Assembly: GCA_963705305.1 (NCBI GenBank)
Contig: OY970067.1
Location: 4,096,001-4,160,000 of the forward strand
DNA length: 64,000 bases
From: an uncultured Methylomirabilota bacterium
GTDB lineage: Bacteria; Methylomirabilota; Methylomirabilia; Methylomirabilales; 2-02-FULL-66-22
Reading direction: 5' to 3'
The notes below the pieces were generated by a model, which worked only from the letters and a program-made list of their open reading frames with translations, ran no database searches and was not told where the DNA came from. Made by a program: the position numbers and the translations under genes. Below are positions 44,372 to 54,518 of this stretch, in pieces; position 1 is the stretch's first letter, and each line of letters starts with the position of its first letter.

Positions 44372-44893
44372 TCAGCTCAACCGACCGCCGCGGTCGACGT
44401 CCAGTCGCCGCAGGAGGTCCAGTCGCTCCAGCACGTCGAAGTTTTCCAGCACGTCCAGGTTTTGCCCGATGCCAATCTCCTCGACCAGGGCCAGGGCGTC
44501 GGCGGGCGGAACCTGACGAGGCGCGCGGTCGCTTCGGACCGCGCCGAACGCCAGCACGAGGCCAAGCGCCGTGGCTGCGGCGATGGCCGGCACGCGCCAG
44601 GATTCCCAAAAATGGCGAAGTCGGACCCGGACCGAAGTCAAGAGACCGGGGGACGGGGGCGGAACGGCTTCTAGGCGGCGCCGGACGGACTCGTTGAAAT
44701 CGACCCAGAAGTCCGACGGTGGCTCCGGCACCTGGAGGGCCCGGGTGCGAGTTATCACCTCCCGGAGGAGGCGCGACTCGCGTTCGCATTCGGGACAGGC
44801 GGCCAGGTGGGCCGCCGTCCGCCGGCGCTCTTCCGGCGCCAGTTCATCCTCTTCGGCCAGCAACCATTCCCGGATGTTGTCGCATTCGCTCAT
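44372..44893 (-). CDS. zf-HC2 anti-sigma factor-like protein
   Basis: HLAACPEC motif and one TM helix. Confidence 0.85.
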   Translation of the reverse strand: MSECDNIREWLLAEEDELAPEERRRTAAHLAACPECERESRLLREVITRTRALQVPEPPSDFWVDFNESVRRRLEAVPPPSPGLLTSVRVRLRHFWESWRVPAIAAATALGLVLAFGAVRSDRAPRQVPPADALALVEEIGIGQNLDVLENFDVLERLDLLRRLDVDRGGRLS

Positions 44894-45760
44894 GGGCGTC
44901 TCAATCTCTGTTGCCCATCGCCACGCTTCGCTTTGCCGACGGTCGAGGTCGGATCTCGGGGAAATCTGCCCAGACTTCTTCGACTTTTAATGAGTAGACC
45001 GTGAAGTCTTGCAAAGGTTTAATCGTTCCTTGAAATTTTCTCAGGAGCATTTGCGGTTGCCTGCCGGGGGTATGGCATTCGCTCCAGATTCTCATATGAT
45101 TATGTGTTAGTTTAACTATATTATGTAACATTAAAAATTAAAAGGATATATTACATAAAAATAGGTTCGTCATGTCAGAGCTTGAGAGTGTGGTCGGGCA
45201 AGCAGGAGGATATAAATGAGGGGTAAATTCGAGCGTGAAGAAGGAGGGATTTTAAGAAAGGGGGGACGATCGTGGGGCCAGGTACCGAGATTGCGCGGGC
45301 CGGGTTGCGAGCGCCTCAAGGTACGCACCAGCGACTGAGCGTGGCGATCCTGCAGGCGTTGGCCTGCCATGTGCACAAGCCCGCCCGGATCGACGGCCGG
45401 AGCGTGGCCACGTATAGCAAACTCGCGAGGGCTGTTCCGGGCAAGCCGCCCTGGTGGCATGCTTTTCCGCGTCAGGGCCTTCGTGTTGACAACCCACCCC
45501 CCGGGGCGTAGGTTTTCTCTGGACAAAGTGCGTGCGGCGGAATGGAATCCGGGAGCTTGGCTTCTGGTCGGCGACTGCCTCGGGCCTTCGTCCTGCTGGC
45601 GTCCCGATCCGGCGGTGGATACCCCGAGTTGACCGTTGGCGGCTGCGGTCAGATGCATGTCAGTGCGCTTATGCGCTCCCCGATGTAACGGAAGGCCCCG
45701 GCGCGATATGTGGCATCGTGGCAGGCGCTCAGATGTTGATGCTGGCAGGGAGGTGCATCC

Positions 45761-46093
45761 ATGAAACTCTCGTTAAAGGCACTCGCTGTTGCGGCGGGGC
45801 TTCTCTGGGGGGGTGCGGTGCTCTGCTGCGGAATCGCCAACGCGATCTGGCCCCCATATGCCATGGCATTTCTCCACCTCGTCGCATCGATCTACCCGGG
45901 GTACGATCCCGCCGGGGGGGCCGGCAGTATCGTGGTGGGCACACTCTATGCCATCCTTGACGGGGCCGTAGGCGGGCTCCTGTTCGCCTGGCTGTACAAT
46001 TGCCTTGCCGGCAGCGGGCCGAGGCAGCCCGTCGAGGGCGGCTCTGCGGACCGGGCGGTCCAAGGGCCCGGCGATTCCCGCCCTCCGCGATGA
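45761..46093 (+). CDS. Small membrane protein
   Basis: RBS GGAGGT; hydrophobic; IYPGY motif. Confidence 0.7.
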   Translation: MKLSLKALAVAAGLLWGGAVLCCGIANAIWPPYAMAFLHLVASIYPGYDPAGGAGSIVVGTLYAILDGAVGGLLFAWLYNCLAGSGPRQPVEGGSADRAVQGPGDSRPPR

Positions 46094-46102
46094 GGAGGCC
46101 GC

Positions 46103-46614
46103 AATGGGGGGACCAACCTGAACCACTTGCCGCCCCGGCAGCGCGGCGTGCGCATGGTCTTTCAAGGCTACGCCCTCTTCCCCCACATGAAAGTCTACGA
46201 CGAGCGGTGGTTCTCGAACCTGAGCTTCCCACTGAAGATCCGCAGGCTGTTGAACCAAGAGATCGCCAGGGTGGTCTCGACGGTCACGCGGCGGGTGGGC
46301 ATCGAAAGGATGTCTACCCGCGAAAGCCGGACCAGCTCTCCGCCGGGCAGAAACAGAAGGTGGCGGTGGGGCGGGCCCTGGCCCTGCCACCAACGCTGTT
46401 CATTTTGGACGAGCCGCTGAGCAAGCTGGATCCCCTGAGCCGGGTGAAGGTGCGCGACGAGCTCAAGCGCATCCACGGCGAGATTCACGCGACCACCCTG
46501 TACGTGACGCACAACCTTCCGGAAGCGATGGCGCTGGGCGACCGGCTCGGTGATTTCTACGCCACGGAAGAGTACCGATGGCTGGAGATCGACCGCAGGT
46601 ACGGCGGCGCGTAG
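46103..46614 (+). pseudogene. MalK-like ABC ATPase fragment
   Basis: MVFQGYALFPHM, LSAGQKQ, LDEPLS and YVTH in two frames; no Walker A. Confidence 0.75.
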
Positions 46615-46682
46615 TCCGTAGGGAGAGAAAGACCGCGGGGCGGGCGGCCGGATCCGGACGGGATCAGGAGGAGTGATCCACC

Positions 46683-47993
46683 ATGAATGGAGAAGGACAG
46701 AGCGGGCGCATCAGGAACGCGACGCTCCGGGTTTGGGTGCCGCGCCTGATCTTCCTGGTCCTCGGGTTTGCCTGTGGAGGTGCGGTGGCCTGCGGGCTGC
46801 TGGCCGCCCTGCCGACCTCCGGGACGATCCCCACCGGGGCGGAGACCGACTTCCGCCTGATGGCGGAGGCGTGGAACACGATCGAGCGGGTCTACGTGGA
46901 TCGGGCTGCCATCACTCCGAAGCGGATGACCTACGGTGCGGTGAGTGGCATGGTGGACGCGCTAGGCGATACGGGCCATAGTCGCTTCCTGACGCCCGAG
47001 ATGCGTAAGATCCAGCGGCAGGTGACGGAGGGGGCCCTTGAGGGTATCGGCGCCGAGGTGCGCGGGCTCCATGACCAAACCATCGTGGTGGCCACCTTCG
47101 ACAACTCGCCCGCTCGGCGGGCGGGGCTGCAACCCGGCGACATCATCCTGAAGGTCGATGCGGAGCCGGTGAGCGGCCTTCCGCTTGACGAAGTGGTCGG
47201 GCGCATCGTGGGGCCCGCCAACACCGCCGTGCAGCTCACCGTCCTGACCCCCAGTACTCACACCACGCGGGACCTGAAGCTGGTCCGCGCCCGCATCACC
47301 CTGCACAACGTGACCTGGCAGCACCTGCCGGGCACCCCGCTCGCCCATGTGCGCATCGCCTCCTTCAGCAACGGCGTGACCGGCGACCTCCGGAAGGCTC
47401 TGACGGACATCCAGCACGAGGGGCTGACCGGGCTGATCCTGGACCTACGCAATGATCCGGGCGGGTTATTCGAGGAGGCCGTGGGAACGGCCAGTCAGTT
47501 CCTGGCTGCGGGCAATGTCGTGCTGGAAAAGGACGCGGCGGGACACGTGACGCCGGTGCGAGCGGAGGGAGGAGGCGTGGCCCTCTCCATCCCGATCGCG
47601 GTGTTGATCGACGGCGGCACCGCCAGCGCCGCGGAAATCGTCGCAGGGGCATTGAAGGATGGCCGCCGGGCCACGCTGCTGGGCGAGACCACCGTGGGGA
47701 CGGGGACAATCCTCGAGCCCTTCCTGCTCTCCGATGGCTCGGCCCTGCTGTTGGCAACCAAGGAATGGCTGACCCCCGACGGACACCTGATCTGGCACCA
47801 GGGGATCGCCCCAGACATCGCGATCTCGCTGCCGGCGGGTGTGGCCCCCCTCATTCCGGAGGCGGAGCGGGAAATCACGGCGGCGGGGCTGCGCGCGAGC
47901 CGCGACACACAGCTCCTGCGCGCCCTCGCACTGCTGGAACAGCGGCTGTCCACGGAGCATCGGCGGGCCCTAGGTCTGCCGCCGAGGGGATGA
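46683..47993 (+). CDS. S41 C-terminal processing peptidase (PDZ)
   Basis: GIGA, LDLRNDPGG, TASAAEI and GIAPD motifs. Confidence 0.9.
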   Translation: MNGEGQSGRIRNATLRVWVPRLIFLVLGFACGGAVACGLLAALPTSGTIPTGAETDFRLMAEAWNTIERVYVDRAAITPKRMTYGAVSGMVDALGDTGHSRFLTPEMRKIQRQVTEGALEGIGAEVRGLHDQTIVVATFDNSPARRAGLQPGDIILKVDAEPVSGLPLDEVVGRIVGPANTAVQLTVLTPSTHTTRDLKLVRARITLHNVTWQHLPGTPLAHVRIASFSNGVTGDLRKALTDIQHEGLTGLILDLRNDPGGLFEEAVGTASQFLAAGNVVLEKDAAGHVTPVRAEGGGVALSIPIAVLIDGGTASAAEIVAGALKDGRRATLLGETTVGTGTILEPFLLSDGSALLLATKEWLTPDGHLIWHQGIAPDIAISLPAGVAPLIPEAEREITAAGLRASRDTQLLRALALLEQRLSTEHRRALGLPPRG

Positions 47994-48147
47994 TGGGATC
48001 GGCGCCTCTCCCATCAGGAAGCCTTCCGATTGCGATTGCTGCTCGTTATAGTCGCGTGGGTGCGCGACAGTCCGCCCGCCGGCCGCGCGTGGAGATGGCC
48101 GCCTATCACGGCCAGGCCAGCGCGAATCACCGAGGTCCCGAACGAGA

Positions 48148-49371
48148 ATGCCGTATCTGAAGAGCCGCATCACCTTGCTTCTGCCCGGCGGTCTCACGGT
48201 ACTGGCGGCCCTCTTGATCTTCCGACCGGGCGTCCTTCCTGACTCCACATGGCCCTACGGCGATGCATATCCCTACGTGGTCTTTGGGCTGGGAGCCGCC
48301 CTCGGCTGGTATTTCAACTGCGGTCGGGTTGTCCTTGCCCTTGCGATCCTGGGCGCAACCAACGGCATCCTGGTCGGCGGCGGGATCGGCCAGGGCGTCG
48401 CGCGCAACGGCGGACGCGCCGCATTCGATCTCCTGTGTGTCCTGCTCCCCGTCAATTTCGCAGGGTACGCTATCGTCGCCGAGCGTGGCGTGCTCACAGC
48501 GCGCGGACTGAGGCGAGTGGTTCCCATTCTGCTCCAGGGTCTGGCTGGCGGCCTGCTCCTCCTGCTGGCAAGGCGCGGGCTGGCCGGATGGCTGGAATAC
48601 CGTTTCATCGAGCCGCGCCTCACCAGCTGGACCGCCGTCCCGCAGGCGGCGCTGGCGACCTTCGGGGCGGCGGCCATTTTCCTGGCGGTTCGATGCGTCC
48701 TGAGCGGCAGTGCGATCGATGCGGGATTGTTGTGGGCCCTGCTCTCGACCTACGTTGCGCTGCACGGAATCCGACTCGGATGGGCGCCGGCGCCTTTCCT
48801 TGCCGCGGGGGGTCTTGCGCTCATCGTCGCACTCGTGGTGACATCCTATCGCATGGCCTACCATGACGAGCTGACCGGCCTGCCGGGCCGCCGAGCGTTG
48901 AACGACGCGCTGCTCCCGCTGGGGCGCCGGTATGCGGTGGCCATGGTGGATGTGGATCGCTTCAAGCGGTTCAATGATACCTACGGGCACGAGGTGGGGG
49001 ATCAGGTGCTTCGGATGGTTGCCTCGAAGCTGAGCGCGATCACGGGGGGCGGGAAAGCCTTTCGCTACGGCGGAGAGGAATTCTCGGTGATCTTCCCCGG
49101 CAAGTCGGCGGATGAGGCCGTCTCACACCTGGAGGAATTGCGCAAGGCCATTGAAGCTTCGCGATTTGTATTGCGGGGCCCTGGCCGACCCCGCAAGAAA
49201 CCCCCCGCGCCCACGCCCCGATCGGCGCCGCGCAAGGAGGTCGCCGTGACGGTCAGCATCGGTGTGGCCGACCGCGACGGCCGCAGGTCCGACCCGCAGC
49301 AGGTGATCCGGGCGGCCGACAGGGCCCTCTATCGCGCCAAGAACGCAGGGCGGAATCGCGTGGTGGGGTAG
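48148..49371 (+). CDS. Membrane-bound diguanylate cyclase
   Basis: Multi-TM N-terminus; DELTGL, DVDRFK and RYGGEEF motifs. Confidence 0.93.
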   Translation: MPYLKSRITLLLPGGLTVLAALLIFRPGVLPDSTWPYGDAYPYVVFGLGAALGWYFNCGRVVLALAILGATNGILVGGGIGQGVARNGGRAAFDLLCVLLPVNFAGYAIVAERGVLTARGLRRVVPILLQGLAGGLLLLLARRGLAGWLEYRFIEPRLTSWTAVPQAALATFGAAAIFLAVRCVLSGSAIDAGLLWALLSTYVALHGIRLGWAPAPFLAAGGLALIVALVVTSYRMAYHDELTGLPGRRALNDALLPLGRRYAVAMVDVDRFKRFNDTYGHEVGDQVLRMVASKLSAITGGGKAFRYGGEEFSVIFPGKSADEAVSHLEELRKAIEASRFVLRGPGRPRKKPPAPTPRSAPRKEVAVTVSIGVADRDGRRSDPQQVIRAADRALYRAKNAGRNRVVG

Positions 49372-49410
49372 GGGAAGGGAAGATCGGCGCGGCGCTTCCC
49401 AGGGTGGGTG

Positions 49411-49914
49411 TCAGGCGGCGTCCGGCAGTACCACCCGTTCGAACTGCTCGCCATCGCGGCGCACGGCGTACCGCTCGCCCCGAACGGAGTCCGCGACCGA
49501 TACCGTGCCCCCATCGGGCCAGATGAGCAGCAATTGCTGCCCGTTGCGAACGTCGCCCTTCGCCAGCAGCGTGGCCTCCGCCCACAGGGTGACGGATACT
49601 GCGTCCGGGAAGGTGCTGGAAGCGGCAAACAGTACGAGAGCGCGTGGATCGTCCGTCGCCGCGGATTGCTCTACTCCGAGCACGATCTGCCGGCTCTTGG
49701 GGTCCCGATACGCGTGCGCACGACGGATCACGGGCGATGCGTCGGAGATGGTCGCCCTCAGCCGCGCTGTCAGCGGAATCCGCATGGCCTTGCCCGGGAT
49801 GCCGGGATCCCCCACGGAGATATGAGGGTGGGGGAGGGTGTTCACGGGGATCGCGTCTGCGATGCGCAACGGCTGCACCTGGGCGGGGGCGAACTCGACA
49901 TGGAAGGCCTGCAT
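49411..49914 (-). CDS. Hypothetical protein
   Basis: ORF with RBS GGAG and globular composition. Confidence 0.55.
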   Translation of the reverse strand: MQAFHVEFAPAQVQPLRIADAIPVNTLPHPHISVGDPGIPGKAMRIPLTARLRATISDASPVIRRAHAYRDPKSRQIVLGVEQSAATDDPRALVLFAASSTFPDAVSVTLWAEATLLAKGDVRNGQQLLLIWPDGGTVSVADSVRGERYAVRRDGEQFERVVLPDAA

Positions 49915-50256
49915 CTGTCTCTCCGTTTCTGGTCCCCCGCTGGCCGAACACGCGGGGGAAAGGCCGCCAACCGGGCGGACGGGCACGAGGCCGCTGCTGG
50001 ATGCGATCGATAACGAGGGACCTTCTCTCGGGCCGGGATCCGCTGAGGCGGGGCGACACCGGGAGGCAGCCGCGCGATACTGACGGGCCTAGTGTGCATC
50101 AAAGAGCGCGAATTCGCAACCGGGAAATCCGCCCGCTGCGCTCGACGAAGCAGCAGGCGGGCTCGTGGCATCGAAGGGGACGGGATTCGGCGAGACCAGA
50201 GCACCTGCAACGACTGTGGACACCGCAGAGCGCAGGAGGAGGATGGCGAACCGGGG

Positions 50257-50919
50257 ATGGATAGGAAGCTTTCACGCGATTTCTACATACGGACCAATGT
50301 CCTGACCGTGGCCCGCCAGCTCCTCGGGACGCTCCTGGTGGCGCGCGCCCCGGATGGCGGCCGGATTTCGGGAATCATCGTCGAGACGGAGGCCTACCGC
50401 GGCCCCGCTGACCGCGCGTCGCATGCGTACGGTGGGCGCCGAACTCGCCGAAACGAGACGATGTACCGGGTCGGAGGCACGGCCTACGTCTATTTCGTGT
50501 ACGGCATGTACCACCAGTTCAATGTCGTTACCAATGTCGAGGGAGTCCCCCACGCCGTCCTCGTCCGCGCCCTCCAGCCGGTGGAGGGAATCGCATGGAT
50601 GCGCCAGCGACGGCCGGCGCAGACGGATCGCAATTTGACGAGCGGACCGGGCAAGCTCTGCATCGCCATGGGGATCGATGGAACGCTGGACCGGACGGAT
50701 CTGCGCGGCGACCAGGTCTGGATCGAAGAGGGGCCGCAGCGGGTACCGCCCTCCACCATCGCCTGCGGCCCGCGGATCGGCATCGACTACGCGGGGGAAT
50801 GGGCCAACAAGCCGTGGCGGTTCTGGATCCGGGACAATCCGTTCGTCAGCCACCCGAATGCCTGTATCGGCGGGCCCACCCGCAGAGCGCGTGCCGCCGG
50901 ATCGGCACAGAGGTCATAG
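50257..50919 (+). CDS. 3-methyladenine DNA glycosylase (MPG/AAG family)
   Basis: IVETEAY, YVYFVYGM, AVLVRA, SGPGKL and RIGI motifs. Confidence 0.93.
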   Translation: MDRKLSRDFYIRTNVLTVARQLLGTLLVARAPDGGRISGIIVETEAYRGPADRASHAYGGRRTRRNETMYRVGGTAYVYFVYGMYHQFNVVTNVEGVPHAVLVRALQPVEGIAWMRQRRPAQTDRNLTSGPGKLCIAMGIDGTLDRTDLRGDQVWIEEGPQRVPPSTIACGPRIGIDYAGEWANKPWRFWIRDNPFVSHPNACIGGPTRRARAAGSAQRS

Positions 50920-51304
50920 GCTTCGGGCGATGCTCCAGTGCTCCGGCATATGGCACCTGGCGCACTCGACGACACATGCCCCGCCCACGAGCCTGACCCC
51001 TTCGTTTTCTCGGCATTCCCCTCGAATGTGTCGTGTGAATTTCGAGAATGGCAGACACAAAGGCATTATTACTTTTTATGGCATGCCAATACGGCAGTCA
51101 TTTGAATGTAATGAAGAGAGGACAAGAGATGGATGCATTGCACAGATATCTCTGCAGGCAGCCCAAGAGGCGCAAAAGCGAATAGAGGTAAGGTGATGGA
51201 GCGGAGGGAGGAGCCGAGCAGGTTCGAAATGTGAGAAAGAGCATGCTGGCATAGGATCTGCAAAACCTGTGGAGAAAACCCGAGGCAGAAAGGGGGTGTG
51301 TGAG

Positions 51305-51397
51305 ATGATTCTCTCCGTCACGCTCGCATTCTTCAGCGGGTTTGTCCTGGGGATGTTTCTGCTGGCCCTTTTCGTCGCCGAGCGCGAGGCGGGTTAG
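51305..51397 (+). CDS. Possible 30-aa single-TM peptide
   Basis: MILSVTLAFFSGFVLGMFLLALFVAEREAG with a purine-rich RBS. Confidence 0.35.
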   Translation: MILSVTLAFFSGFVLGMFLLALFVAEREAG

Positions 51398-51550
51398 GCG
51401 GGAGCCTCCCGGAGCCACCTTGGCTGAGCGCGGGAGGAATCCTGCTTGCCTCCGCGGCTGTCTTCACGCCAGCTCTCCATCTCGGTCTGCGCCCCGCGTC
51501 GTTGTCCCCCTTCTTCGCCGTCAAGGTTTCGTCCGTCGCGGCTGCCCGCC

Positions 51551-51584
51551 AAAATAAAGCGTCCGACCGGATGCCGGTCGGACG
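51551..51584 (-). terminator. Intrinsic terminator of the liv operon
   Basis: CGTCCGACCGG/CCGGTCGGACG stem followed by CTTTATTTT on the minus strand. Confidence 0.7.
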
Positions 51585-51632
51585 AATGCGGATTCAAGGC
51601 TGGCAGCGTCTCTGCTCTGTTGCGGCAAGGCA

Positions 51633-52343
51633 TCAATGCATCCCGAGATAGGCCTGCTTGACCCGTGGATCCTCGCGCAGCTCGCCGGCCCGGCCCTCCA
51701 GGACGATCCGCCCCGTCTCAAGGACGTAGGCGCGATGGGCGATGGACAGGGCCATCAGAGCGTTCTGCTCCACTAGCAGGATGCTGGTTCCCTGGGAATT
51801 GATCTCTTGGATAATTCGAAAGATCTCTTCGACCAGGATGGGGCTCAAGCCCATGGAGGGCTCATCCAGCAAGAGGAGTGCGGGCTGGCACATCAACCCG
51901 CGGGCCGTCGCCAGCATCTGCTGCTCGCCGCCGGACAGCGTCCCGCCGAGCTGGTTCAGGCGTTCCCGCAGCCGGGGGAAGCTGGCGTAAACCCGCTCCA
52001 GCGTCTTCGCAATCTCCGCCGCGTTGCTGCGGGTGTAGGCGCCCATCTCCAGATTCTCGCGCACCGTGAGGGGGGCGAAGATCTTCCGGCCTTCGGGAAC
52101 CTGCCCGATGCCCATCCGGACAATCGCCTCGGCGGGGGTCATGGTGATGTCTCGCCCCTTGAACCAGATGGATCCGCGGCGCGGGCGCAGCAGGCCCGAA
52201 ATCGTGCGCAGGGTGGTCGACTTGCCCGCCCCGTTCGCCCCGATGAGCGTCACGATCTCCCCCTCGTTCACGCTGAATGAGATGCCTTGCAGGGCGTGGA
52301 TCGCGCCGTAGTAGACGTTCAGGTCCCGGACATCAAGCAGCAC
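51633..52343 (-). CDS. livF: Branched-chain amino acid ABC ATPase
   Basis: GANGAGKS, LSGGEQQ and LDEPSMGL motifs. Confidence 0.93.
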   Translation of the reverse strand: MLLDVRDLNVYYGAIHALQGISFSVNEGEIVTLIGANGAGKSTTLRTISGLLRPRRGSIWFKGRDITMTPAEAIVRMGIGQVPEGRKIFAPLTVRENLEMGAYTRSNAAEIAKTLERVYASFPRLRERLNQLGGTLSGGEQQMLATARGLMCQPALLLLDEPSMGLSPILVEEIFRIIQEINSQGTSILLVEQNALMALSIAHRAYVLETGRIVLEGRAGELREDPRVKQAYLGMH

Positions 52344-53118
52344 TGGCGGCCCCCTTGCCCAGATACGCCTCGATCACCCGGGGGTTGTCCTGGATCTCTT
52401 TGGGCGTGCCGCGGGCGATGACCTCGCCGAAGTCCATCACCGTGATGTGCTCGCAGATTCCCATCACGACCCGCATCTGGTGCTCGATCAGGAGAATGGT
52501 CAGGGAGAATCGGTCACGGATGAAATGGATCAGCTCCATCAGCCGCACGATCTCCATCGGATTCATCCCGGCGGCCGGCTCGTCCAGCAGGAGCAGCTGG
52601 GGGTTGCAGGCCAGCGCCCGCGCGATCTCCACCCGCCGCTGCTGGCCGTAGGGAAGATTCTTGGCCGTCTCGTTCTGGACCCGCTCCAGCTGGAAAATGG
52701 CCAGGAAGTCCCGGGCCCGCTCGGTGAGCTCGCGCTCCTTCACGTGGAACAGCCGGCGGCGCAGGACGGCGTCCAGCATCCCGTAGCCGGCGTGCGGGTG
52801 ATAGGCGATCCGCACGTTATCGAGGACCGTCAGGTTGGGAAAGAGGCGAATGTTCTGGAACGTCCGTCCGATCCCGAGCTGGGTGATCTCGAACGGCTCC
52901 AGGCCGACGATGCTGGTGCCCTGGAAGCGGATGTCGCCGGAGGTGGGCGCATACAGGCCGGAGATCATGTTGAAGGCGGTGGTCTTCCCGGCGCCGTTGG
53001 GTCCGATGAGACCCGCCATCTCGCCGGGCCGGATCGTCAGATCGAGCCCGTTCACGGCCCGCAGGCCGCCGAACTGCTTGAGCAGCTCCCGAATCTCGAG
53101 GGTGGGTCTTTCGTCCAT
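52333..53118 (-). CDS. livG: Branched-chain amino acid ABC ATPase
   Basis: GPNGAGKT, LPYGQQR and DEPAAGMN motifs. Confidence 0.93.
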   Translation of the reverse strand: MDERPTLEIRELLKQFGGLRAVNGLDLTIRPGEMAGLIGPNGAGKTTAFNMISGLYAPTSGDIRFQGTSIVGLEPFEITQLGIGRTFQNIRLFPNLTVLDNVRIAYHPHAGYGMLDAVLRRRLFHVKERELTERARDFLAIFQLERVQNETAKNLPYGQQRRVEIARALACNPQLLLLDEPAAGMNPMEIVRLMELIHFIRDRFSLTILLIEHQMRVVMGICEHITVMDFGEVIARGTPKEIQDNPRVIEAYLGKGAASAA

Positions 53119-53134
53119 TGCACGCCTTCCGGCT

Positions 53135-54508
53135 TCAGCTCTCGGGCTCGAGTCTTGGCTCGGGCAGCTTCTCGGCCGTCGCGGGCGCGCCGGTCTCGGG
53201 TGCGCGCAGGAACCCCCACTCTGTGTTTCCCAGCAGTCCCTGAGGCCGCAGCAGCATCATGAGGAGCAGCGCCATCGGGTAGAGCACGAAGCGCCAGGTC
53301 GGCGCCTCGGTTCCCAGTTGGCTCAGGAGAACGCGCAGTAATCCCTCCAGGAAGTACAGCCACCCGAACGAGGCCGCAATCGATCCCGTTATACTGCCCA
53401 GCCCGCCGAAGACCACGATAATCAAGGGGTTGAAGCTGACCAGAAAATCGAACGTTCCGGGACTCAGGAAACCGATGAAATGGGCATACACGCCGCCCCC
53501 GATGCCGGCGAAGAGGCTGCCCACCACGAAGGCCAGCAGCTTGTTGCTGGCCACGTCAATCCCCATGGCCTTGGCAGCCGTCTCGTCCTCGCGGACCGAC
53601 ACGATGGCCCGGCCCGTGCTGGAGTGTATGAGGTTCCGCATGACGACTGTGACGAGCAGCAGGAAGAAGAATGCCCAAAACCATGTGGTGAACTTCGGGA
53701 TGCCGATCATGCCCCGGCCGCCCTTCATCTCCGGGAAGGGCAGGATGGTGTCGGAATTGATCATCAGCGTGTTGACGACAATGACAAACCCCAAGGTGGC
53801 GATCCCGAAATAGTCGCTTCCCAGGGTCAGGACCGGCAGGCCGAAAAGGAAGCTGATCTCGGCGGCGAACGCGCCGGCGACCAGCACCGCCAGGAAAAAG
53901 ACCGCCTGGAGCGCCGGTCCGCTGTTCAGGAGGCCGGGGTGCTGGATGGTGCCGAGCCAGGGGGTCAGGAGCGGGTTGAGCGCATCGCCGACGAACACCG
54001 CCACGGTTCCGGCGGCCAGGCTGGCGATGAGGTACAGGGTAAAAGCGGACAGCACCGGCACCCCCTGATAGCGCCGGAGAAAGCGATACACCATCACAAG
54101 CGCCAGCCCGCCCAGCACCACGCCGCTGCCGAGGACCACGAGCCCACGGGCATCCCCGTTGGTCCATCGATAGGTGATGTCGGCGGAGGCGTAGGCGCCG
54201 ATCCCGTAGAATCCCCACTGCCCCAGGCTGAACTGGCCGTTGAAGCCGTAGATCAGGTTCAAGCCCAGGACCACCATGGCCATGCTGCAGGCCTCGAACA
54301 ACAGGCCGGCGTCGAAATCGCTGAGGATCTGGAAGCCGCCGAAGTTGGCCGATAAGGCGATCTGGACGACCCCGAAGGCGGCCAGGGCGCCGCTCACCTT
54401 GATCCAGCGCGAGTCCTGCCCGAGCGCCCACAACAGGCCGTAGATCCACGCTAGAATGGCGACAATCTTGAAGATGCTGACCAGCAGGAAGCCGAGGTTG
54501 ACGCCCAC
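53135..54508 (-). CDS. livM: Branched-chain amino acid ABC permease
   Basis: GQFSLG, YFGIATLGF and REDETAA motifs. Confidence 0.9.
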   Translation of the reverse strand: MGVNLGFLLVSIFKIVAILAWIYGLLWALGQDSRWIKVSGALAAFGVVQIALSANFGGFQILSDFDAGLLFEACSMAMVVLGLNLIYGFNGQFSLGQWGFYGIGAYASADITYRWTNGDARGLVVLGSGVVLGGLALVMVYRFLRRYQGVPVLSAFTLYLIASLAAGTVAVFVGDALNPLLTPWLGTIQHPGLLNSGPALQAVFFLAVLVAGAFAAEISFLFGLPVLTLGSDYFGIATLGFVIVVNTLMINSDTILPFPEMKGGRGMIGIPKFTTWFWAFFFLLLVTVVMRNLIHSSTGRAIVSVREDETAAKAMGIDVASNKLLAFVVGSLFAGIGGGVYAHFIGFLSPGTFDFLVSFNPLIIVVFGGLGSITGSIAASFGWLYFLEGLLRVLLSQLGTEAPTWRFVLYPMALLLMMLLRPQGLLGNTEWGFLRAPETGAPATAEKLPEPRLEPES

Positions 54509-54518
54509 GCGCCGCCTC

